NCBI GenBank assembly: GCA_028702045.1 | Contig: JAQVPP010000002.1 | Location: 1 to 36,032 of the forward strand | DNA length: 36,032 nucleotides | Direction: 5' to 3' | Source: Minisyncoccota bacterium | GTDB taxonomy: Bacteria; Patescibacteriota; Minisyncoccia; UBA6257; JAKLIH01 | Shown: one piece after another, positions 24,147 through 34,416 of the stretch | Layout: the number at the start of each line of letters is the position of its first letter | Position numbering within the stretch: position 1 is the first letter of the stretch | The notes under the pieces: model-generated | Database searches by the model: none | What the model was told of the DNA's origin: nothing | The model's input: only the letters and a program-made list of their open reading frames with translations | Translations under genes and position numbers: made by a program

Positions 24147-24237
24147 ATAATCCTCCTAAGATGTTGATGTTCTATTACAACCATACCACATTTTATTATT
24201 TTGAACAAGGTCTTTAGTATTTTTTACTTATTTCTTT

Positions 24238-24266
24238 TTGACTTTTATATTTTTTTAATATATAAT
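24238..24266 (+). promoter_or_regulatory. sigma70-type promoter upstream of lysS
   Basis: TTGACT (24238-24243), a 17-nt spacer, then TATAAT (24261-24266). Confidence 0.55.
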
Positions 24267-24289
24267 AAAAATAAAATAAAAAAATAAAA

Positions 24290-25723
24290 ATGAGCCGTTT
24301 TGATGAAATAAGAAGTGAAAGATTGAGAAAAATAAAAGAACTTAGAGAGTTAAATATTAACCCATATCCAGAAAAATCAAATAGAACTCACAAGATTATT
24401 GATATAAAATCAAATTTTTCAAATTTTTTAAACTCACAAGAATCTATTAATATTTCAGGAAGAATCATGTCTTTAAGAAAGATGGGGTCTTTGAATTTTT
24501 TAAATTTAAAAGATGAGTCTGATAATATACAAGTAGTTATCCAAAAAGATAGTTTATCAGAAGATAAGTTTAATATTTTTAAAAAATATTTTGATATTGG
24601 TGATTTTGTTCAAATATCAGGAACTGCTTTTAAAACAAAAACAGATGAGCCAAGTATCTTCTTAACTGATTTTTTAATTTTATCTAAAAGTTTAAGTCCA
24701 TTACCATCAGAATTTTATGGATTAAGTGATGAGGAAGAGAAAATTCGTAAAAGATATCTTGATTTAATCATGAATAGTGAAGTCAAAAAAAACTTTGACA
24801 TGCGCTTTAAGATTATTAAATTAACCAGAGATTTCTTAGCAGAAAATGGCTTTATAGAGGTAGAAACTCCTATTATCCAGCCTCAATACGGTGGTGCATT
24901 AGCTAAGCCCTTTAAAACTCATTTAAATGCCTTAGATATGGATGCATATTTAAGAATAGCCCCAGAACTTTACCTAAAAAGGCTATTAGTAGGAGGTTAT
25001 GAGAAAATTTTTGAAATAGGGAAGTGTTTTAGAAACGAGGGAATAGATAGAGAACATAATCCAGAATTTACAATGCTTGAGCTATATCAAGCCTATGCAT
25101 CTAAGGAAGACTTGATGAAACTTCTTGAGGATTTAGTTAAGTATCTTTGTGATAAACTTAATATTAATTTAAATTTCAAATATCCTTTTCCTAAGATAAC
25201 ATTTAATCAATTTATTTTTGACAAATCACAACTTGATTTTGATAAAGATGATATCTCTAAGTTTGTTGATTTTCTAAAATCAAAAAATGTAGAAGTAGAA
25301 GATAATGTATCCAAAGGAAAACTAGCTGATGAAATAATTAAGTTATACAGAAATGAACTTAAGGATCCAGTATTTTTAATTAATCATCCTCTAGAGATTT
25401 CTCCTTTAGCTAAAGAATATTGTGAAGATAACACTAAGGCCTCCAGGTTCCACTTATTAATTAATGGTATGGAGATATCTAATGGTTTTTCTGAATTAAA
25501 TGATCCTGTTGAGCAAAGAAAAAGACTAGAGCAACAACAAAAAGAACTATCACAAGGTGATTCTGAAGCTCATCCTCTTGATGAAAGTTTTATCGAAGCC
25601 ATAGAGTATGGTATGCCACAAGCAGCTGGTCTAGGTATTGGCATTGCTCGTATCATATCAGTATTTACGCAAACTTCCTCAATTAAAGATGTCTTACCTT
25701 TTCCGTTTATTAAAAATAATTAA
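24290..25723 (+). CDS. lysS: Lysine--tRNA ligase, class II
   Basis: An OB-fold N-terminal region followed by class II motifs: FRNEGIDREHNPEFTMLE and GMPQAAGLGIGIARI. Confidence 0.93.
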   Translation: MSRFDEIRSERLRKIKELRELNINPYPEKSNRTHKIIDIKSNFSNFLNSQESINISGRIMSLRKMGSLNFLNLKDESDNIQVVIQKDSLSEDKFNIFKKYFDIGDFVQISGTAFKTKTDEPSIFLTDFLILSKSLSPLPSEFYGLSDEEEKIRKRYLDLIMNSEVKKNFDMRFKIIKLTRDFLAENGFIEVETPIIQPQYGGALAKPFKTHLNALDMDAYLRIAPELYLKRLLVGGYEKIFEIGKCFRNEGIDREHNPEFTMLELYQAYASKEDLMKLLEDLVKYLCDKLNINLNFKYPFPKITFNQFIFDKSQLDFDKDDISKFVDFLKSKNVEVEDNVSKGKLADEIIKLYRNELKDPVFLINHPLEISPLAKEYCEDNTKASRFHLLINGMEISNGFSELNDPVEQRKRLEQQQKELSQGDSEAHPLDESFIEAIEYGMPQAAGLGIGIARIISVFTQTSSIKDVLPFPFIKNN

Positions 25724-25728
25724 CTATT

Positions 25729-26976
25729 ATGCTTGATATTAAATATATAAAAGAAAATACAGACTTGGTTAAAGAAAATCTCAAAAAAAGAAATTTCGAT
25801 ATTTCTTTAATTGATAAAGTATTATCAATATATGAGGAAAAAAATAATATTTTACAAGAATTTGAATCTTTAAAGCACAATAAATCAGAAACAGAAAAAG
25901 AATTTTTAAAAACAAAAGATGATTCTCTAAAAGAAAAACTTTCTTCTTTTAAAGACAAGGAAAAAACTCTTGAAGAAAATTTAAAAACAATTTCAGATAA
26001 ATACACAGATCTTTTAAAAACTATTCCTAACCTTGTATCACAAGATACAAAGCCAACTAAAGATGAGGAGATTTTAAAACAAATGGATCCAGTTCAGTTT
26101 GATTTCACTCCACTTACTCATGATGTTTTGGGTAAAAATCTAGATTTAATTGACACAGACACTGCAGGTAACACATCAGGTACTCGTTTTAGTTTTTTAA
26201 AAAATGATCTAGTCTTACTTGAGTTTGCTTTGATTCAGTTTGTATATGACAAAATTATACAAAAAGATTTAAGCTTTATACCAATCCTTCCTCCATTTTT
26301 TATAAAAAAAGAATTTTTAGAGAAAACTGGATATGTAAATAATCAAGATGAATTAGAAGATGTGTACAATGTAAGTGATGATCTTTATCTAATCGCCACT
26401 TCAGAACATATCATAGAAGCATATTTAGCTAACACAACTTTTAAAAAAGAAGAATTACCTAAGAGGTTTTTATCTTTCTCTACTTGCTTTAGAAAAGAAG
26501 CTGGTTCCTATGGTAAAGACACAAAGGGAATATTAAGATCTCATCAGTTTGATAAGATAGAGATGATTTGTATAACTACCAAGGAAAACGCAAAAAAAGA
26601 ACATGATTTAATGAGAACAATTGAAGAACAAATTGTTTCAGACCTAGATCTTGAGTATAGAACACTAAGACATGGAGCTCAAGACTTAGCAGACCCTCAA
26701 TATGAAAGTTATGACATAGAGACATATATGTATGGCCAACAGGAGTACAGAGAAACCCACTCATGCTCTAATTGTACTGATTATCAATCAAGACGCCTTA
26801 ATATTAAGTATACAGACAAGGATAAAAAAGAATATCCATATATCTTAAACGGCACTGCTATAGCTTTAGGTAGAATCATCATAGCTATTATGGAAAAACA
26901 TCAGACAAAAGATGGTAATATAGAAATACCAAAAGTTCTACAAAAATATTTAAATAAAAAATTAATCACAAAATAA
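25729..26976 (+). CDS. serS: Serine--tRNA ligase
   Basis: N-terminal coiled-coil arm. Motif 2 is CFRKEAGSYGKDTKGILRSHQFDKIE and motif 3 is LNGTAIALGRIIIAIMEKHQ. Confidence 0.93.
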   Translation: MLDIKYIKENTDLVKENLKKRNFDISLIDKVLSIYEEKNNILQEFESLKHNKSETEKEFLKTKDDSLKEKLSSFKDKEKTLEENLKTISDKYTDLLKTIPNLVSQDTKPTKDEEILKQMDPVQFDFTPLTHDVLGKNLDLIDTDTAGNTSGTRFSFLKNDLVLLEFALIQFVYDKIIQKDLSFIPILPPFFIKKEFLEKTGYVNNQDELEDVYNVSDDLYLIATSEHIIEAYLANTTFKKEELPKRFLSFSTCFRKEAGSYGKDTKGILRSHQFDKIEMICITTKENAKKEHDLMRTIEEQIVSDLDLEYRTLRHGAQDLADPQYESYDIETYMYGQQEYRETHSCSNCTDYQSRRLNIKYTDKDKKEYPYILNGTAIALGRIIIAIMEKHQTKDGNIEIPKVLQKYLNKKLITK

Positions 26977-26977
26977 A

Positions 26978-27739
26978 GTGAGAAATCGTTCTCAAAGAAT
27001 AAAGCAAAGTAAATTTCTAAACAAGACATTAATTATTTTTTCAATAATTTTTATTCTTCTTTTAATATATATTTTATTTTTTTCTCCTGTTTTTCATATT
27101 AAACAAGTTTTTGTACATAACTTAGGTAATACTCCTTCTGAAAAATTCAAAAATGAGATTACTCTTTTTTTAAGAAATTATCACAACTCTTTTGTTGAAG
27201 AGATATTATATGATAATCTTAACTTCCCAAACATCTTGTTTTTCAATACAAAATATTTAGAAAAAGATCTTTTATCTCATTTTCCCAATATTTCTAAAAT
27301 CAAAATCACTAAAAATATATTTTTTAAAGATTTAAATATTGTTTTAAATGAAAGAGTTCCTGTATTATCTGTAAAAGATAACACAAACACTGCTTGTATT
27401 GATTCTTTTGGATATATTTTTTGTAACTGCCCTGAATCTGATTTACCCAATATTCACATAGACAAGATAAAGACAAATATCTTTTATTTTAAACAAAATG
27501 AAATTGAAATTTTCCAAGATTTGCTAAAAGAAAATCCTGAGTTAAATATTGCATATTCCAAAACAACACCAAAATCCTTTAAAATTTTAAACTTTGATGA
27601 TAAAATAGATATATTATTACCTTTAAATGAAAATGCTGTTTTGGCCTACAGAGCAGCAGTTCAGTATTATGTAGTTAAGCAATCAAACATGTCAATACTT
27701 GATGCAAGGTATTATCCAGAAAAACTTTACTATAAATAA
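26978..27739 (+). CDS. ftsQ: FtsQ/DivIB-like cell division protein (GTG start)
   Basis: A basic N-terminus, a single TM (LIIFSIIFILLLIYILFF), then HIKQVFVHNLGN..., resembling the start of a POTRA domain. The architecture fits FtsQ but sequence similarity is modest. Confidence 0.5.
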   Translation: MRNRSQRIKQSKFLNKTLIIFSIIFILLLIYILFFSPVFHIKQVFVHNLGNTPSEKFKNEITLFLRNYHNSFVEEILYDNLNFPNILFFNTKYLEKDLLSHFPNISKIKITKNIFFKDLNIVLNERVPVLSVKDNTNTACIDSFGYIFCNCPESDLPNIHIDKIKTNIFYFKQNEIEIFQDLLKENPELNIAYSKTTPKSFKILNFDDKIDILLPLNENAVLAYRAAVQYYVVKQSNMSILDARYYPEKLYYK

Positions 27740-27745
27740 TCTATT

Positions 27746-29404
27746 ATGAAAAATATATTAATTGCTACAGCTTGACCATATGTAAATGGAGATTTGCATA
27801 TAGGACATACAGGAGGCTACTTACTTCCAGCAGATATTATTGCTCGCTATCACAGATTAATTAAGAATAATGTTTGTGTTGTTTCTGGTGCAGACTGTCA
27901 TGGCACGCCAGTAACAGTAGAAGCAGAGAAAACTAATATATCTCCACAAGAGATAGTAGACAAGTATTACCCAACTCACTTAGAGATATTTGATAAGTTA
28001 AATATTAATTTTGATATATATACTAAAACTACTACAGATAATCATAAGCAAACAGTCCAGGATGTTTTCTTAACTTTACTTAACAAGGGATACATATTCA
28101 AACAATCATCTGTTCAGTTTTTTAGTCAAAAAGAAAATAAATTCTTACCAGATAGATATGTAAAAGGTATATGTCCATTTTGTAATCAAGAAACTAGTGC
28201 TGATCAATGTGATAACTGCAACAAAATTATAGAAGCAAGTGAACTAAAAGATCCAATAAGTAAATTAACCAATAGTCCTGTTATTTTAAAAGAAACAGAG
28301 CACTATTACATGGACTGATCTAAGGCTGAAGATTTTCTTAAACAGTATTTTAATGAATACAAAGATAATTGGAAAGACTGGGTCCAGTCTGAAACAAAGG
28401 CTTGACTTGATCAAGGGCTAAAGCCTTGACCAATCACAAGAGATATGGACTGAGGCATAGAGATTCCCAAAAATGATATTCCAGAAGACCTTCTAATAGA
28501 TAACATAGAAAACAAGAGAATATATGTTTGATTTGAGGCTGTTATTGGCTATCTTTCAGCTACCAAAGAATTACTAAAAGATAAGTATACTGATTTTTGA
28601 TTTAGCAAAAATTGTAAGCAATACTATTTCATGGGTAAGGATAATTTAGTCTTCCACACATTATTCTGGCCAGCACAACTTCATTTATATAACCCAGATA
28701 TCAATTTACCTGATGTTTTGAGTGTTAATAATTTCCTAAACCTTGAGAATAAGAAGTTTTCCAAAAGCAAAGGGATTACTATTAGCAATATATACATGGT
28801 AGATACTTATGGCCTAGACCAAACTCGCTTTTATTTAGCTTCTATTTGTCCTGAGGCAAATGATGCTAACTTTATGTGAAAAGATTTTCAGCAAAAAATT
28901 AATGATGTCCTTAACTCAAATTTTGGCAACCTGGTTAACAGAATTTTAAAGTTGTTTAAGGATTACGAAATACCTAATATACCTGCCAGCGATGAAGTAA
29001 TTAATAAAATAAAAGAAACAAAAGATAAGGTATGTACTTCTCTTGAAAAAGTTGAAATTAAAAATTATGTTAATAATTTTTGTTCATTAATTGATTTTTC
29101 AAATAAATATTTATCAATTAAGGCTCCATGGAAAAATAAAGATAATATTGATGAATTTAATCAAACAATGATAGATTGTTTCTATCTTTTAGTTGCTATT
29201 GATATTTTTATCAAACCTCTATTAATTAAAAGTTCAGAAAAAATAGAACAAATGTTAAATATACAAATAGATTATTGAAAAGATGATATTATCTCTCAAA
29301 TTAAAGATAATATTAAACAAATTAAAAGAACAGATGACATTCAACCTATTTTTTCAAAAATAGAAGATGATCAAATTAATCAAGAAATTGATAAATTAAA
29401 TTAA
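27746..29404 (+). CDS. metG: Methionine--tRNA ligase (552 aa)
   Basis: ATG 27746. The HIGH motif is LHIGH and the KMSKS motif is KFSKSKG, with a Cys knuckle CPFC...CDNC. Three track ORFs are joined by about nine TGA, several at Trp positions typical of MetRS (AW-PY, DW-GIEIP, YVW-FEA). Confidence 0.93.
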
Positions 29405-29410
29405 GCTTAT

Positions 29411-29439
29411 TTGACAAAAAATTATTATTTTTATAAAAT
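29411..29439 (+). promoter_or_regulatory. sigma70-type promoter for the 29463-30170 two-gene cassette
   Basis: TTGACA (29411-29416), a 17-nt spacer, then TAAAAT (29434-29439), immediately after the metG stop. Confidence 0.5.
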
Positions 29440-29462
29440 TAATTAAAATATATATAATTATT

Positions 29463-29741
29463 ATGAGTCAAACAAAATTTTCAAAAAAAATTCCATTAAC
29501 TCTAGAAAATATAGAAAAAATACCCAACAACAAGCCAGGTATTTACCGTATCTTAAATAAAAAAGAAGATATTATTTTATTTTGGAAAATAAAAAACGGA
29601 GGAATGAAAGAGGATATATGGAACCATAAAGGAACAAACAATGAAGGTGTCTTTTTCCAATACAAAATAGCTCTTAATAATAAAGAGGCTGACAAAATGC
29701 AACAAGAAGAACTAAAAAAATGAAAACCTGTTTTTGAATAA
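29463..29741 (+). CDS. Small GIY-YIG-like domain protein (92 aa), apparently degenerate
   Basis: KPGIYRILNKKEDIILFWK..KEDIWNH....FFQYKIALNNKEADKMQQEELKKW-KPVFE follows the GIY-(x10)-YIG ... W..H ... E..lI..ykP layout, but YIG is replaced by LFW/FWK and the catalytic Arg is not evident. It reads through TGA 29721 to TAA 29739-29741. Confidence 0.45.
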
Positions 29742-29750
29742 TCTATACAA

Positions 29751-30170
29751 ATGACTAATATTAAGGATATAAAAGAATTATTTTTAAAAGCATCCTATCA
29801 TTACTCATATCAACATCCCAAAACCCATGAAACAGAAAAAACTGAAGCTTTTTTAATTCAATGCACCTTATTAGAAGGTGTTTTGTACAATTTGGCTTTA
29901 AAAAATATTGAAAAAAGATTCACTAATTTATATAAAAAAAGAGAAAAATATTATTCATTAGATAATATCATTAGCGATCTTTTTTTAATAAAAATTATTT
30001 CAAAAGAAGATTTTAAAAAACTTGAAGAATTTAAACATGACAGAAATAAGTATTTTCACAGTATTTTAAAAAATAATTCTAAAATTAGAGAAAAAGAATT
30101 AGGGGAAAAATATTCTCTATATAAAACAATAACCTGGAAAATGATTGAAAAATTAGAAAATCAAAAATAA
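29751..30170 (+). CDS. All-helical 139-aa protein with an Rx4H motif (HEPN-like)
   Basis: ISKEDFKKLEEFKHDRNKYFHS contains R-N-x3-H (30042-30059), placed where HEPN domains carry their Rx4-6H RNase motif. Size and predicted helical content fit. There is no further support. Confidence 0.45.
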   Translation: MTNIKDIKELFLKASYHYSYQHPKTHETEKTEAFLIQCTLLEGVLYNLALKNIEKRFTNLYKKREKYYSLDNIISDLFLIKIISKEDFKKLEEFKHDRNKYFHSILKNNSKIREKELGEKYSLYKTITWKMIEKLENQK

Positions 30171-30172
30171 TT

Positions 30173-31264
30173 ATGAACACTGATTACAGAAATTGAATAG
30201 AAATAAACCAACAAAACCTTCTTCATAATTTTCATATTTTTAAAAAATTATCCAAAAATAAAATAGGAGGAGTTATTAAGTCTAACGCATATGGGCATGG
30301 ATTTTTAGAAATTGCCAATATCTTAAGCAAAGCAAATATTGATTATTTTATAGTAGATTCTATAGCTGAAGCTGTTTTTTTAAGAAAAAATAAAATTCAA
30401 AAACCTATTCTTATTTTAGGTTATACAAAAAAAGATTCTTTTAAAAAAGCTTCTATAAATAATATTGAATTAACTATTTCTTCTTTTGAAAATTTAACTA
30501 ATGCAATTAATTTTTCAAAAAAACATAAACTAAATATTCATATCAAACTAGATACTGGTATGCATAGACAAGGTTTTCAGGAAACAGATATACTTAAGTT
30601 AAAAGAAATTTTAAATACAAAACCAAATAATCTTAATATTACAGGTATATATTCTCATTTACTCAAGGCTAGCTCTAAAAAAATTTCTATAAAACAAAAC
30701 AATCTTTTTAAAAAAATGTTAAACATCCTTAATCTTAAAGATATATTAACTCATCTCATAGCCACAGAGGCCACTTTTCTTTATCCTAATATGAGATATG
30801 ACATGACACGTATTGGCCTTGGCCTATATGGAATATATCCTTCTCTTGAAAAAAAGAAAAAATTTGAAAAAGTTTTTAAATTAAAACCAGTACTTTCTTG
30901 GCATACTATTATTTCTGAAATTAAATATGTGAAAAAAGGAGAGACTATAGGGTACAAAGGCACTTATACATTAACAAGAGATTCAAAAATAGGCATATGT
31001 CCCATAGGTTACTGGCATGGATATACCAGAAAATTATCTAACTTGGGTTATGTGTTAGTTAATAATAAAAAAGCTAAAATACTAGGTAATATCTCTATGG
31101 ACATGATTTGTATTGATCTTACTAATATTGATTGCTCAGTTAATGATACAGTAACCCTAATTAATGAAGAAATATCTATTGAAAAATTATCAAAACTATC
31201 AGATAACTATACTTATGAATTTGCAACAAGGCTTAATCCAAAAATTAAAAAAATAATTAAGTAA
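30173..31264 (+). CDS. alr: Alanine racemase (363 aa)
   Basis: ATG 30173 gives MNTDYRNW-IEINQ...GGVIKSNAYGHGF, the PLP-Lys motif. The C-terminal ISMDMICIDLT motif is present. The track ORF 30560-31264 is the 3' part. Confidence 0.88.
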
Positions 31265-31266
31265 AT

Positions 31267-31959
31267 ATGTGAAAAAAACCAAAACAACATGTTTTAGTTA
31301 TTGCCAATACAATAGATGAGGAATTTGATTATCTAATGTTTTTATTAAAAGATATGGATTTTTTTAATCAATATGGATATGAAGTTGCACTTCCTGATCA
31401 TCCATTTTTTTTAAATATTTCTAAAAACCCTTCTTTATTAAAATCTTTAAACCTAGAAGAAGTCAAAAATATATTCAAAAAAGAAATATATGACCCAACT
31501 TTTTTTGAAAAAGGAATAAAAAAAATTAATGAAAATATTGAATTAATTGAAAAAGCTATCCAGAGAATGAAAAAGTTAAAAAAATGAAAATTCAAAATTT
31601 TTAAAAAATATAAAGTGAAATTAACAGCATTTGGTGCTGGTGGATCATATATTTTTCAGTGTGGTATCGTGCTAATAACATTAAATGAAAAGGGAGAATT
31701 TTATCAAAACCCATGAAATACTATTATTCATGAAATAGTTCATATTGGTATTGAAAAAAGTTTAGTAAATAAATTTAAATTAACGCACACTGAAACAGAA
31801 ACAATAGTTGATGCAATTTGTGCAAATTATTTAGGCGACATGTTAATTGACTATAAGCTTGAAGGTTTATCAGACAAAAAATTATTTAACCTTATTAATA
31901 AAGACAATCTTATGGAACTTCCTCGTATTATTAAAGAATATAAAAAACTAAAAATATAA
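31267..31959 (+). CDS. Hypothetical protein (230 aa) with an HExxH metallopeptidase-like motif
   Basis: ATG 31267, with TGA at 31270, 31585 and 31714 read as Trp, and TAA at 31957-31959. It contains NTIIHEIVHIGIEKS. Confidence 0.55.
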
Positions 31960-31973
31960 CAAATAAGTTTTAT

Positions 31974-32005
31974 TAAAAAAAGAGGATTTTTATCCTCTTT
32001 TTTTA
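31974..32005. terminator. Bidirectional rho-independent terminator
   Basis: An A-run, stem agaggat / atcctct with loop tttt, then a T-run. It sits between convergent genes. Confidence 0.75.
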
Positions 32006-32036
32006 ATTTCTTAATCAAACAAATTCAAAAAATCAT

Positions 32037-32246
32037 TTATCAATCCTCCTTTATTGAGCATGGATATATATTTATTAAAAAACATATAATTACTACAATT
32101 AAACCACTAATAAACCAAACAAGCCACAACGAGAAGTCTAAACAATGCGACAAAATTTCATAAAAAGCATAAGTTATTCCTAATAATAAAATAACTTTAA
32201 ATATATTTCTTATCAGTTTTCTTATCAGTTTATATAATAAAGACAT
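32037..32246 (-). CDS. Tiny 2-TM hydrophobic protein (68-69 aa), unknown function
   Basis: SD GGAGG 8 nt before the ATG, and a minus-strand promoter TTGTAT-17-TGgTATAAT. The ORF ends in a TGA-TAA tandem (TGA 32040-32042, TAA 32037-32039). Confidence 0.5.
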
Positions 32247-32340
32247 TATACTATCCTCCGTAAATTTTAAGATTCTAGTATTATTATACCATATAATGCA
32301 ACGTCATACAAACAACAAATATAAATATTTACAATTCTTT

Positions 32341-32368
32341 TTGATTTTTTAAAATAATTTGATATAAT
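32341..32368 (+). promoter_or_regulatory. Extended -10 promoter upstream of trxA
   Basis: TTGATT (32341-32346), a 16-nt spacer, then TGaTATAAT (32360-32368). Confidence 0.5.
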
Positions 32369-32394
32369 ATATATACAAATTTAAACAAAGTAAT

Positions 32395-32721
32395 ATGAAA
32401 GAAATAACAAACAATGAGTTTGAAACTGAAGTTTTAAATTCAAGTGAAATGGTTTTAGTTGACTTCTGGGCACCATGATGTGGTCCATGTCAAATGATTA
32501 CTCCAATTCTAGAACAACTAAGCCAAGAAAATATAATCAAAGTAGTTAAGGTCAATGTAGATACTGCAGATAATCAAGTTTTAGCTGCTAAATATAAAGT
32601 ATCCAGCATCCCTAATATGTTCATTTTTAAAAATGGAGAAATAGTAAAACAACTATTAGGTTATCATAGTCTTGATCAAATAAAACAAGAAATAGAATCT
32701 ATCAATGAAGCAAATAATTAA
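32395..32721 (+). CDS. trxA: Thioredoxin (108 aa)
   Basis: VDFWAP-W-CGPCQM active site, in which the WCGPC Trp is the TGA at 32476-32478. The track ORF 32494-32721 is the 3' part. Confidence 0.93.
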
Positions 32722-34414
32722 AACAGAATTATTAAATATTTGTAACACTCTAAAAGAAACTGAATTTAAAAATTTAAATACAGACGCTATTTCTTTTGAA
32801 ATAAATTATGGAACAAGTTTTGGTGATTACTCATCCAATATTTGTTTTTCTATTTCAAAACAAATAAATATACCTCCTAAAGTTGTAGCAGAAAAAATAA
32901 TTAACTTATTTAGTCAAAAACAATATTTTTCTGAAGTTTTTGAAAAAAATAACTTCTTAAATTTTAATATTAATAGGAATTTTTTAAACAAATATATATT
33001 AAGTTTCCCAAAAAATAAAATATCTTATCCAAAAACAAATAAAAAAATACAAGTTGAGTTTGTTTCAGCTAATCCAACAGGCCCACTTACCATAGCTAAT
33101 GCTCGTGGAGCCTTCTATGGTAATGCTTTAGCTAATATTTTGAAATTTACAGGGAATGATGTTACTAAAGAGTATTATGTAAATGACAAAGGTAATCAGA
33201 TTTTTCATTTGGGTGTTACTCTTTTAAAAATACTAAACATCGATCCACAAGTTGAGTACAGCGAAGATAATTTATACAAAGGAGATCACTTAACTGAATT
33301 AGCTAAAGAAGTAAAAGATGCTGCGCTAAAATATGAGAAAAAATTAAAAGATATTCCAGATCTTGATAAAAATACTAAAAGAACATTAGTTGAAATAACA
33401 ATTGGACGCTTAGCAGCAAATATTAATTTAGAAAAAATTAAAAAAGCACTTAATAACCAATGCAATATTCATTTTGATAACTATTTTTGTGAAAGTTTTT
33501 TATGATCAACAGATACTTTTAGTTTCCTTCTTAAACAAAAACTTATTTACGAAAAAGATAAAGCCTTGTTTTTAAAAACAACTCTATTTAATGATGACAA
33601 GGATAGAGTAGTTATGAGAAGTGATAATACTCATACATACTTTTTCACTGATATTGTTTACCATTTAAATAAGTTTGGTGCTAATATCAAAACTCTTTCA
33701 GATAGTTTTCCTAATTCATACAAGAAATTTGTTAACAGAAAATTTGATAAAGTTATAGACATATTTGGAGCAGATCATTACTCAGAAGCAAATCAACTAA
33801 AGACAATGATGGAGTACTTTAAGTCCAAACAAGTTATTGACCTACACTCCAATCTTGATATTCTTTTAATGCAGTTCTTAACTTTACAAGGAGGAGAGAA
33901 GATGTCTAAAAGAAAAGGTAATTTCAATACTCTAGAGGATTTCGTAAACACTGCTTCTCTTGATGCAGCCAACTTCTTTATTTTAGAAAGAAGTATAGAC
34001 AAGCATCTTATATTTGATATGAATTTAGCTAAAGAACAATCTGAAAAAAATCCAGTCTTCTATACTCAATATGCATATGCACGTATATGTAGTATATTAA
34101 AAAAGAATTTTTTCAAATTTAATATCTATAAGAATCTAGATATATTACAAGAACCAGAGGAAATAAAATTAATGAAATTAATTATCAAATTACCTGATTT
34201 AATTGAAGAAGTTTCCAATAATTACCAGATTCATTTATTAACCTCATACTTAATTGAATTATCTAAAACATTCCATGCATTTTATACTAATCACAATATA
34301 TTAAAATCTAATTTCAAACTAAAACAAGCTCGCCTTAATTTGATTAAGTCAGTGAAGACTGCTTTCGAGATTTGTTTTAATTTAATCAACATAAAACCTA
34401 AACAAAAAATGTAA
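32705..34414 (+). CDS. argS: Arginine--tRNA ligase (569 aa)
   Basis: VEFVSANPTGPLTIANARG (HIGH-region variant), GEKMSKRKG (KMSKS) and a C-terminal DALR-type anticodon-binding helix region. Two track ORFs are joined by TGA at 33503. Confidence 0.92.
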
Positions 34415-34416
34415 TA

